Source of the DNA: an uncultured archaeon
GTDB lineage: Archaea; Asgardarchaeota; Lokiarchaeia; Sigyniarchaeales; SOKP01
DNA length: 32,862 nt
Direction of reading: 5' to 3'
NCBI GenBank assembly: GCA_964493715.1
Contig: CAZBPC010000030.1
Span: forward strand, 1 to 32,862
Shown piece by piece: positions 8,762-17,749 of the stretch; the stretch's first letter is position 1; the number at the start of each line of letters is the position of its first letter. The notes under the pieces are model-generated. The model saw only the letters and a list, made by a program, of their open reading frames with translations, had not been told where the DNA came from and did no database searches. The translations under genes were made by a program, and so were the position numbers.

Positions 8762-10819
8762 ATGAAAATTTTATTAATTCACTCCGATGGTGTAGAAGTT
8801 GTTAAAAATAAACAAGCTACGAGCAATCCACAGGATTTTCCCGAAAAGATCATAAAAATGGATGGTTTAGTGCTTATTGCATACGTGTCTGTAGAAGACC
8901 AAGACACTTATGATACAGATATGATTGCTAAACAAGGTAGTCAAGTAATTGAAGATGCAATATTGCAGATATCAGGATTTCCAGAAAAAATAAGGCAAGA
9001 GAATGAAGAAATAAGAGAACATAATAAGAAAATAGAATCAAAAACGATTAAAGGGACCCTAAGAAATGTAAAAGAATTAATTAAAAAACCTGAAATGTAT
9101 AGGGTTGATCAAGTATTAGTTTACCCTTGGGCCCATTTAAGTAAATTCCTAAGTAATGAAGCTAATGCAATGGAAGTATGTCCTAAAATTGCTCAAAATC
9201 TAAAAAATCGGGGCATTGAGGCCTTATATTCTCCTTTTGGGTGGTACAAATCTTTCAAGATAAATTGTATCGGTCATGAAATTGCTGAAATGTATAGAGA
9301 TGTAAAATTATATATTCAACCAGCAGAACACATCACTAACGCTGAATTTAAAATATTATTCCCCTCAGGAAAGGAAGAAAACATAGAATTTGATGATGAT
9401 GAAAATATAAAACCTTTAGAAAATATAAAAGATGAAGATTTCTTCCTATTCATCAAATCAGAGCTTGGATCAAGGAGAGAGGATAAATCAATAGAACCGG
9501 TTCATATTAGTGTCATGAAAGATTTCGAACTTGTCGATTTTGATCCTAATAGTGATAAAGGTATTTTTCGTTGGTATACAAAAGGAATGATAATGAAAAA
9601 CCTTATCAAAAATTTTATTGAAGATCGGTTAATTGATTATGGCGCTTTACTTATCGATACACCGATAATGTATACGGTTAAAAATAAGAAGCTAACGGCT
9701 CAAACTGCTCGTTTTCCAGCACGAACTTATTGGGTAGAATCTGGGAGAGATCGATTTTTATTAAGGTTCGCATCTGATTTTCTACTCTTTGATATGGTAA
9801 GCAAAATGGTTCTAAAACCACATTATTTTCCCTTAAGATTATATGAATTTGAACAATATGATTTTAGAAGAGAAATGGAAGGGGAGTTAAGTGGATTGAG
9901 AAGGCTTAGAGGATTCATGATGCCAGATTTGCATACTTTATGCAAAGATCTAGATTTAGCAGTTGAGGAATTCATCAATCAGTATAAATTAATCAGAGAT
10001 TTAGAAACTGATTTAGGAATTGAATCAAATGTAGTTTTTAGAACCACTAAAGAATTCTATAAAGAAAATAAGGATTGGATTGTAAAACTTTTAAAATCTG
10101 AAAGTAAAGCGGCTCTTTTAGAATTATGGGAAGAGAGATACTATTATTTTATCCTAAAATTTGAAAGAACTGTTTTATCAGCACAAAATAGAACCGCAAC
10201 ATTAGCTACTAATCAAATTGATGTAGAAAGTTCTTTAGAATACATGGTTGATAATGAGGGAATAAAGCGACAGAAGTATGATATAAAGTTTACGGATGTT
10301 GATGGAAAGCAAAAATATCCAATTATTCTTCATAATTCACCAACTGGAGGAGTGGAACGTATCCTTTGGGGTTTAATTGAATCTGCAATAAGAAATAAAG
10401 ATAAAATCGTACCAGGGTTTAAAACTTGGTTATCACCTATTCAAGTACGCATTATAACTATCAGTCATGAACAAACTCAATATGCTGAGAAAATACTAGA
10501 TATCATTAATAAGGAGTCTTATAGAGCTGATTTCGATGATCGTAATGAAACTATGGGTAAAAAGATTAGACAAGCTGAAGTTGAGTGGATTCCGTACGTC
10601 ATTATAATCGGTAAAAACGAACAAGAAAATCAAGAAATTTCTATAAGAAAGAGGTTAATAGGAAAACCTTTCGGTCCCAAAAAAGCTACTACCGAACAAT
10701 TTAAAAACTGGAAATTAAGCAAGTTACTAAAAACGTTAGAAAATGACACGAAAAGCTTTCCTAAATACAAATTACCAAAACCACTTCGGAAATTTTCAAC
10801 CAAAGTATCTTTTAGATAA
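8762..10819 (+). CDS. thrS: Threonine--tRNA ligase, archaeal type with N-terminal editing domain
   Basis: MKILLIHSD, YPWAHLS, SPFGWYK editing domain; FRRE...GELSGL.RLR.F.MPDLH; LHNSPTGGVER; anticodon domain WLSPIQV...KKIR. Confidence 0.96.
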   Translation: MKILLIHSDGVEVVKNKQATSNPQDFPEKIIKMDGLVLIAYVSVEDQDTYDTDMIAKQGSQVIEDAILQISGFPEKIRQENEEIREHNKKIESKTIKGTLRNVKELIKKPEMYRVDQVLVYPWAHLSKFLSNEANAMEVCPKIAQNLKNRGIEALYSPFGWYKSFKINCIGHEIAEMYRDVKLYIQPAEHITNAEFKILFPSGKEENIEFDDDENIKPLENIKDEDFFLFIKSELGSRREDKSIEPVHISVMKDFELVDFDPNSDKGIFRWYTKGMIMKNLIKNFIEDRLIDYGALLIDTPIMYTVKNKKLTAQTARFPARTYWVESGRDRFLLRFASDFLLFDMVSKMVLKPHYFPLRLYEFEQYDFRREMEGELSGLRRLRGFMMPDLHTLCKDLDLAVEEFINQYKLIRDLETDLGIESNVVFRTTKEFYKENKDWIVKLLKSESKAALLELWEERYYYFILKFERTVLSAQNRTATLATNQIDVESSLEYMVDNEGIKRQKYDIKFTDVDGKQKYPIILHNSPTGGVERILWGLIESAIRNKDKIVPGFKTWLSPIQVRIITISHEQTQYAEKILDIINKESYRADFDDRNETMGKKIRQAEVEWIPYVIIIGKNEQENQEISIRKRLIGKPFGPKKATTEQFKNWKLSKLLKTLENDTKSFPKYKLPKPLRKFSTKVSFR

Positions 10820-10935
10820 TAAGTGAATAAGCCCTTTTGAATTGAAAAAGAATTTTTTTTGAATTTATTATAAAGATCATATTTTAATTACATATTCGAT
10901 TACTATTTTTCATCAATTTAGGTATATTTCAGAAA

Positions 10936-11559
10936 ATGACAATTAAATGCATTATTTTCGATTTAGGGGATGTTATAGTTGAATTGGACTTTGATCAATT
11001 CTTTAACGAGGTTATCACACCATCTCCCTTGAATAAACCTAAAACACCCATTATGCTCGAATTTTTCCGCCAGTCTGATACATATCATCAAGGAAAAATA
11101 AGTGATAAAGAGTTTTACAATCAAGCTTGCGAATTGTTGCGAGTATGTAATTTAAATCAAAAAGCGTTTTATACTGCTTTTAACAGTATCATTTCAAAAA
11201 TAAACATGGAGATGGTCGAGTTGGTTAAGAATATCAGAAAGAATAATACACTCAAACTAATATGTATGTCAAACATCAATTCTAGTCATTGGAAATATAT
11301 AAAGAAAATGAAGTGGAATATATGGGATCTATTTGATGATTTTATCCTGTCTCATGAAGTTCATCTAACCAAACCTGATAGTAAAATATTTGAAATCGCA
11401 ATTCAAAAATCGAGATGCAAACCAGAGGAAATAGTATTTATTGATGATGGTTTTAATAACATCAGAGCCGCATTAGATTTAGGGATAATTGGAATTCGTT
11501 TTGTAGATATTAATGAACTAATTAAATCTCTACATGAACTAAATATTAAAACAAACTGA
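10936..11559 (+). CDS. HAD-superfamily phosphatase (YihX-like)
   Basis: IIFDLGDV motif I, SN motif II, KPD motif III, FIDD motif IV. Confidence 0.88.
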   Translation: MTIKCIIFDLGDVIVELDFDQFFNEVITPSPLNKPKTPIMLEFFRQSDTYHQGKISDKEFYNQACELLRVCNLNQKAFYTAFNSIISKINMEMVELVKNIRKNNTLKLICMSNINSSHWKYIKKMKWNIWDLFDDFILSHEVHLTKPDSKIFEIAIQKSRCKPEEIVFIDDGFNNIRAALDLGIIGIRFVDINELIKSLHELNIKTN

Positions 11560-11566
11560 AACTATA

Positions 11567-12085
11567 TTATTCTGTTATTCCTTGTAAACACGCTTTTGCA
11601 ATTGTTTCAAATGCTAATTCTACATTGTCTCCGGTCTTGGCCGAAGTTTCAAGATATTCGCAATTTAATCTGCTTGCTAGATCTTCCGCTTCTGACCTTT
11701 CCACTTGGCGTTCAAGATCAGACTTGTTCCCAATTATTATCATCGGAATGGTTTTTTTGACAGACTTTTTAATACTACTAATCCATCCAGGTAATTTTAA
11801 TAAGGACTGGGGATTTGTTAGATCAAAAACTCCAAGAGCGCCATTACTCCCTTTAAAATAGATAGTTCTTAGCTTCGCGAATTGCTCCTGACCCCCAATA
11901 TCCCATATTAGTAAGCGAACGATAGTGTCCTCCTCCATCTCGACATCTTTAATTAAAAAATTTGATCCAATGGTTTGTTTTAAGTCATTACTAAAATAAT
12001 CCTTTATGTACCTTATTAGTAAGGATGTTTTACCTACGTCTCCGCCGCCGAATAATGTTATTTTGAATTTATATGTATCAGAAAT
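11567..12085 (-). CDS. Rab-like small GTPase, 172 aa, extended upstream of the ORF-track start to a probable ATT start
   Basis: In-frame upstream sequence SDTYKFKITLFGGGDVGKTSL (G1), QTIGSNF (G2), then WDIGGQ (G3), NKSD (G4), ETSAK (G5); no C-terminal prenylation motif; exact start is inferred. Confidence 0.9.
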   Translation of the reverse strand: MSDTYKFKITLFGGGDVGKTSLLIRYIKDYFSNDLKQTIGSNFLIKDVEMEEDTIVRLLIWDIGGQEQFAKLRTIYFKGSNGALGVFDLTNPQSLLKLPGWISSIKKSVKKTIPMIIIGNKSDLERQVERSEAEDLASRLNCEYLETSAKTGDNVELAFETIAKACLQGITE

Positions 12086-12231
12086 TTTAATTACCTAATT
12101 TATTTAATTAATTAAATTACTAGAATCCTCGCAAGTATATTTGATATATTATGTTAACCATATTTATATATTTATAATGAAACGAGTAAATATGAAAAAA
12201 TTATAATATTTACTTTAAAAATAATATAAAT

Positions 12232-13611
12232 TTAATCCTTTTTATGCTTGATTTTTTGCACAGATTCTTTAATATCATCTTCAATAACATGAATTTCCTT
12301 TTTCACATTATGCGTCGTTTTTTGTCCTATGCGCCCAATTTGTACCATAATCCATTCTGGGGATCCCACACCATTATAAAATTCCATCCAGAGAAACATA
12401 AAGAATCCCATAAATCCTACATAACTTATTACTACAATTACATATGTAAAAAAATCAAGGGCTCTGAAAAATAACGTGACATATATATAATGTACTAGGA
12501 AAAGGCTTAACGAGATCCTTCCATAATATTTTAACATGCTGATAAAATAATTCATTTTCTCTTTAATGTCAATGATATAGAAAAAAATTCCAATCAGGAG
12601 TAATGCTGCACCCAGATTATAAATCATATTCGGACCTCTTCCACGAATAAGAAACTCCCACATTCCAGGATATCTTATATCTGGAAAAAACATTTGGGAA
12701 TTCATATCATGTAATAAAGACATGAGAGGATACTCTTCTAAAGGTAGGGTTCCGATGTAGTTATAATCAGCGATATCCCATATATTTCCTGGTATGTATA
12801 TTTGTCTACCTAACCACATTCCCCCAAGTACGAAAATTAAACCCCATAACATGAAACTTCGAAATAATTTAGTATAGTCTTTTTTACGTCCAGCCATCAT
12901 GGCATCGTGTAATAATTCACCAAAGATAGTAGAAATGAAACAAACCGCAAGCCAAGGTAGAAGAGGTGTCATTGGAGAGGGAGACACAACAATATAATGG
13001 ATAAAAGAAATAATAGGATTACCCGCTTCTTTTCCGATAAATAAAAATTCACGTATTCCATCAGAAAAGTATATGATAATTACCCCAATCATTGCTCTTG
13101 TCATTTTACTTAATTTAAGGGCGTATAAAGAAAAAATTTGAGAAAATCCGATGAACATCAAGATATTCCAACCCCATAAGTTTAAAGGAAATGGATATCC
13201 TGCAATTGTAAATTCAAATGAGAAAATGTTGAATAAAACTCCAATGAAAATAATAGTTCCCCCTCTACTCAAAATTCGATTCCGAACTACCTTTTCTGAT
13301 AAAGATCTTGTCTTTTTTTTTATACTAAAAACAACACTTAAAGCTGACAGAAATACAAACAACGAGGGTCCAAAAATATCCATTGCTGTATAAAGTAGCC
13401 CATAAATAAATATCCAATCTGAATTCAGCCAAGATCCAGCGCAGTGGGCGAACATAATCATGACAATAGCAAAACCCTTTACAAAATCAATACTATGGAT
13501 CCTTTTAAGAGACGCATAATCCCGTATTTCTTCAATAGGGATCACTGTTTTTAAATAATTTGATAGAGGGATGGAATCTAAATCGTTATATTCTTCATCT
13601 TCAGACGACAT
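12232..13611 (-). CDS. Integral membrane acyltransferase (DUF1624/HGSNAT-like)
   Basis: RIHSIDFVKGFAI..M..H, PLLPWL, GRISLSLFLVH; about 11 TM helices. Confidence 0.75.
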   Translation of the reverse strand: MSSEDEEYNDLDSIPLSNYLKTVIPIEEIRDYASLKRIHSIDFVKGFAIVMIMFAHCAGSWLNSDWIFIYGLLYTAMDIFGPSLFVFLSALSVVFSIKKKTRSLSEKVVRNRILSRGGTIIFIGVLFNIFSFEFTIAGYPFPLNLWGWNILMFIGFSQIFSLYALKLSKMTRAMIGVIIIYFSDGIREFLFIGKEAGNPIISFIHYIVVSPSPMTPLLPWLAVCFISTIFGELLHDAMMAGRKKDYTKLFRSFMLWGLIFVLGGMWLGRQIYIPGNIWDIADYNYIGTLPLEEYPLMSLLHDMNSQMFFPDIRYPGMWEFLIRGRGPNMIYNLGAALLLIGIFFYIIDIKEKMNYFISMLKYYGRISLSLFLVHYIYVTLFFRALDFFTYVIVVISYVGFMGFFMFLWMEFYNGVGSPEWIMVQIGRIGQKTTHNVKKEIHVIEDDIKESVQKIKHKKD

Positions 13612-13733
13612 AGGAATCAGTTTCTATCTACATTCGATTTGTACAAAATTTTGAAATTAAATTAATATTATCTTATTATTTTATACTATTTGAATGTTTA
13701 TATATTTCAAATTTTAACTGCTTGGAGAGTAGC

Positions 13734-14162
13734 ATGAATATTAGAAAGTTTATTGATTTGAGACTAATTGGAATCGTTGGTTCTTGTCTCTTGATTATGT
13801 CTCAATTTTCATCGTGGATTTCTGGATTAACCTTGATCAATATATATTTGATCACGACATCTGTATCAATTGAGGATTCATTTTTGTACCTGTTTCCTTT
13901 AATCAGTGGGATAATTTGTTTTATTGGCACATTTCTTGTCTTATATAAATTGGAGTACAAACTCAATTCAGTAATCATCAACTTTATCGGGTTAGGATTT
14001 TTCTTAATTTTTATATTTAAATTTATACCTAAAGAAGTCCCTTACATCAGTAATCCTGAGATAGGTTTTTATTTTGCGGTTATTGGAGCTCTTTTGATCT
14101 TATTAGATATCTTAAATGTTTTAAAATTGAATAATAATCTTGAGGAAGGGAGTAAAAATTAA
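13734..14162 (+). CDS. 4-TM hypothetical membrane protein
   Basis: ATG at 13734 preceded by GGAG, preferred over TTG 13722; four hydrophobic segments. Confidence 0.7.
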   Translation: MNIRKFIDLRLIGIVGSCLLIMSQFSSWISGLTLINIYLITTSVSIEDSFLYLFPLISGIICFIGTFLVLYKLEYKLNSVIINFIGLGFFLIFIFKFIPKEVPYISNPEIGFYFAVIGALLILLDILNVLKLNNNLEEGSKN

Positions 14163-15036
14163 TACTGATAACAAATCAACGAAAATTAAAGATGGAACGC
14201 CAGATTCGGAATCAAATTTCTACTATGCTTTAGGGCATAAAATAAGAAGAAAAATTATAATGCTAATTGGCATAAATGGTTTTTCTTCATTTACAGAATT
14301 GAAAAAGGAATTAAATGTTAGTACAGGCACAATCTATCACCACCTTGATACACTTTCGACTTTAATCAAGCAAAAAGCAGATAAAAAATACTATCTTACA
14401 GAATTGGGAATACGAGCATATGATTCGATTAGGAACAATATGGGATCTACATCATTTGATATTTCGAAAACAGATTACAACTCATTTCTTCTGAGAGGCT
14501 TGATGCATCTCACACCAAAAAGAATCATAGTTCCCAACAAGAAACCAAATCTTCTTGTTATCATATCTTCTATTATGATTTTAATCTTAGGGGGGATATT
14601 TTGTGCATTAAATGGATTATATCCCTTCTTTTTATTATTTGGGACTATTCCAGAAATGCCCTATGCGCCTCTTTTTAATATCGTTTTCTTTATATTCAAT
14701 TTTTTTGTTTTCTTTTTTATCATTAAAACAATTTGTTGGATTTTTTACAAAAAAAAAGGGAATACAATCGAATTCTTGAACACGTTTGCTATTATTTTTA
14801 TCCCTTCAGTAATGTATCTGATAATTCATTATTTCTTTATAGTTTTAAATATTATTGAATTCACATTTATAGGGATATTAGACAACATAATCATGATATT
14901 ATTCCAAGTTTGGTCACTATGGCTGCTTACATACAGTATAACAACTTATAATAGATTAAAAATTGAAAATTCACTTATAATTTCTTTGCTGTTGCATTAT
15001 GGGGGATTTTCTATTATTTTAATGATATCTATTTAA
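14140..15036 (+). CDS. ArsR-type wHTH fused to a Yip1-like multi-TM domain (start TTG 14140 or ATT 14158)
   Basis: ALGHKIRRKII, SFTELKKELNVSTGTIYHHLDTL, YYLTELG; C-terminal TM bundle with WSLWLLTYSI. Confidence 0.7.
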   Translation: MRKGVKINTDNKSTKIKDGTPDSESNFYYALGHKIRRKIIMLIGINGFSSFTELKKELNVSTGTIYHHLDTLSTLIKQKADKKYYLTELGIRAYDSIRNNMGSTSFDISKTDYNSFLLRGLMHLTPKRIIVPNKKPNLLVIISSIMILILGGIFCALNGLYPFFLLFGTIPEMPYAPLFNIVFFIFNFFVFFFIIKTICWIFYKKKGNTIEFLNTFAIIFIPSVMYLIIHYFFIVLNIIEFTFIGILDNIIMILFQVWSLWLLTYSITTYNRLKIENSLIISLLLHYGGFSIILMISI

Positions 15037-16321
15037 TAACTATGAAATCCTTTTTCTCTAAAGCGTTAATTAAGCGATTTTTCTGTTTCTCTGATTCTTT
15101 CATATTTTTTCCTTTAGTCGCAACGAAACACGTAAAGACAGAATCTTCATTCAATGCTAATGGAGGTGATATGATATAAGGAATTTCTTTTATTATTAAA
15201 GGTATTAATCCTTCATTTACTTCGGTTAATGAAAGCTCCCCTAGATACCTTAAATGTAAGTGAAAAAAGTGAGAAAGATACTTATGTGTAGAATCTACGA
15301 CATCATTGACATCAATATCTGGTTCTGAAATTAATAAAAGCGGATTTTTCTTGGTGATATTTCTAATTCCAATATAGGATGTAGTCAATCTAGGGTTAAT
15401 TTCTATGAAACTTAATGAACTATCTGTTTTTCTAATAAAATCTATTCCATAATACCCTGTAAATCCTTTCAAACCTAATTGTTGACATTGTTTTTTTAAT
15501 TTTTTTTTAATATTTTCATAATCCGATATGGGAGTATATCCCCCTAAGTAAGATGATTTATTATTTAATCTATTAATTTCAACAAATTGAGCATTTATGG
15601 ATAAAATGTTGATTCCCTGGGAATTTCCTATTAATGATACGCTCAAATCTTTTCCAGGAACATATTCCTGGAAAATGTAGTCTCTATCTGATTCAAAATG
15701 GCTACGGTCAGATGTGAGGAATGAAGAAATCTGAGAATTATTTTCAAAATAGAAAATAGATTCAGCACCAACACCATCCTCAGGTTTAATTATAATAGGA
15801 AAATTTAATTTTGAAGTAACTTTCATGATATGATCTTCATGAAGTAAATGGGAAGGGAGATGATAAGTAAGAGGTGTAGAGAGCTCTTGAGTTTTAAAAT
15901 ATTTATAGGTTTCAAATTTAGAGGAACCTAATTTGATAGCTTCTAAGTTCATGCTTAGAATTGCTTTATCCTGATCTTTCATTATTTTAGTCAAGTTATA
16001 TAGGATGTTAGAAAATTCAGGGGCAATTATGAATACGTACTTACAATCTTTAACTGCTTTCTTTACTTCAAGGAAGATGTCCATGCTTTGATTTATTTCC
16101 TTAGTAAAATCAGCTTTTAAATATTTAATCATGTGTTGAATTCTATAATCTATTAACGTTTTAATTTGGAAACCAAGATTTTTAAAATCTTCAACTATCA
16201 CCCTTAACATTCCAAAACCTTCAGTAAATAAAGATATAGGAATGTCATCGTGATTGAATCCCCCACCTGATATAAATTCAAAAATAAAAATTCGATTAAC
16301 TTCTATATTGCTCACTTTCAT
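15029..16321 (-). CDS. mfnD: ATP-grasp ligase, tyramine--L-glutamate ligase (MfnD)-like
   Basis: IFIFEFISGGG, EGFGML, IIAPE, IIKPEDGVGA, GYYGIDF, IEINPRLTTSYIG. Confidence 0.7.
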   Translation of the reverse strand: MKVSNIEVNRIFIFEFISGGGFNHDDIPISLFTEGFGMLRVIVEDFKNLGFQIKTLIDYRIQHMIKYLKADFTKEINQSMDIFLEVKKAVKDCKYVFIIAPEFSNILYNLTKIMKDQDKAILSMNLEAIKLGSSKFETYKYFKTQELSTPLTYHLPSHLLHEDHIMKVTSKLNFPIIIKPEDGVGAESIFYFENNSQISSFLTSDRSHFESDRDYIFQEYVPGKDLSVSLIGNSQGINILSINAQFVEINRLNNKSSYLGGYTPISDYENIKKKLKKQCQQLGLKGFTGYYGIDFIRKTDSSLSFIEINPRLTTSYIGIRNITKKNPLLLISEPDIDVNDVVDSTHKYLSHFFHLHLRYLGELSLTEVNEGLIPLIIKEIPYIISPPLALNEDSVFTCFVATKGKNMKESEKQKNRLINALEKKDFIVIK

Positions 16322-16493
16322 CTATCCTTGAAATTGATAAAGCAAGTGGATATTATAAATTTTATAATAGTTTTAAAGTTCCATAAATTATTTTTATGAA
16401 CATAAAAACAAATATAAAGCAAATGATTAGTTTAGTTTTAAAGGGATAAACGAATTATTTTAATTAACTTAGATTTAAAAAAAAAAATTAATT

Positions 16494-17729
16494 ATGCCCA
16501 ATTATTTTCCAGAAGAGGTAATGCAAAGAATTCGTTACCTCCACTTTAAAATTAATCACCTAGATGACGCATTAGGTAAAGAAGAAAGTTTTACTTTGGA
16601 TGATTTAAGTCTAGTATTAGAATATACTAAGATCTTGAATGTTAATTACATGAATGAAAAGCATTCTCAGATCTTAAAAGATTTAGATATCACGCATGTT
16701 TTTCATGATCCCAGTGAAAATAATCGAGAAATAGAAATTAAGGATCTCATGGTTGAATGTGCAAGATCATTATGGGTTATGGCGAGAGCTTACAGCAATC
16801 TTTCTGAAAAGTTCGAAGAAGAAGAGGATTGGGAGAATGCTGTCGTTGCAATGGTAGAATGCAGCAAGATGTATAAAACTGCTGCTTATTTTAGTGCTGC
16901 AAGTACCTATCAAGATGATATTGGTACAACTCTCTCATCTGAGAATTTAGAAATGAACTCTGAAGAAGCGAGAGTTTTAGCTCAAAGTATTGCAGCTCTT
17001 AGGGAAGAAAATAAAAATAACAAATATTTTGCATCAAAATTATATGCTGGGCTTTCACAGCTTTCAAAAAGAATTTTTTATCTTAGAAAACATGATGAAA
17101 AAAAAAAGCAACAGTTAAGGGCTCAATTTCATTATGATATGGGAAAAGCATGCCAACTTAAAGCTCAAGCATCTTTGGATTCTTCAATAACTCCATTAAA
17201 TATGGATAAAATTACTCGCCTTAAACAGAAAGCAAATTTCTATTATGACAAGTCAAAAACTATTTGGAATGAAATGCTTGAAGATTTAACTGATCTTTCA
17301 GGAGAAGAAAAAAACAATCTTAAGGTTAATTTATCTGTCGTTGAAACTTTAATGAAAGAGAATAATGTAGAAATCCTAGATTACGAGGATATAAAAAGAA
17401 TTCAAGATCCCGAACCTATTATTGTAATACCAGAAAATTTGGCTCCATTTGTTCCCAAAAGCACTATTTTTCTTACAAAATTTGTTCCAAAGGATTTAAA
17501 TGTTAAGAGGTTTAAATCTTTCACGCAAAAAAAGCTAGAACAAAAAATACCCTATAGTAAAAAAGAAAAATTGATTGATCAAAAAGCAGGGATAGTTCGA
17601 ACAATTAATGAATTAAAGTTACTACGAGAAAACAATGAAATTACCGTGGAAAAATATGCTGAACTAATGGAAAGATATTCTGTGAAACTTAAAATGATAG
17701 AAACCGCGATAAAAAAATTAGCAAAATAA
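16494..17729 (+). CDS. Alpha-helical protein, candidate Bro1-domain protein with a C-terminal steadiness-box-like hairpin
   Basis: 411-aa ORF; collinear resemblance to recalled ALIX Bro1 motifs (see findings); assigned by eye. Confidence 0.55.
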   Translation: MPNYFPEEVMQRIRYLHFKINHLDDALGKEESFTLDDLSLVLEYTKILNVNYMNEKHSQILKDLDITHVFHDPSENNREIEIKDLMVECARSLWVMARAYSNLSEKFEEEEDWENAVVAMVECSKMYKTAAYFSAASTYQDDIGTTLSSENLEMNSEEARVLAQSIAALREENKNNKYFASKLYAGLSQLSKRIFYLRKHDEKKKQQLRAQFHYDMGKACQLKAQASLDSSITPLNMDKITRLKQKANFYYDKSKTIWNEMLEDLTDLSGEEKNNLKVNLSVVETLMKENNVEILDYEDIKRIQDPEPIIVIPENLAPFVPKSTIFLTKFVPKDLNVKRFKSFTQKKLEQKIPYSKKEKLIDQKAGIVRTINELKLLRENNEITVEKYAELMERYSVKLKMIETAIKKLAK

Positions 17730-17749
17730 TATTCTTATTTTAAAGTTCC

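Noticed and set aside
12095-12106. Stop-codon readthrough or pyrrolysine as the explanation for the GTPase N-terminus
   Set aside because: A TAA follows three codons further upstream with no start codon in between
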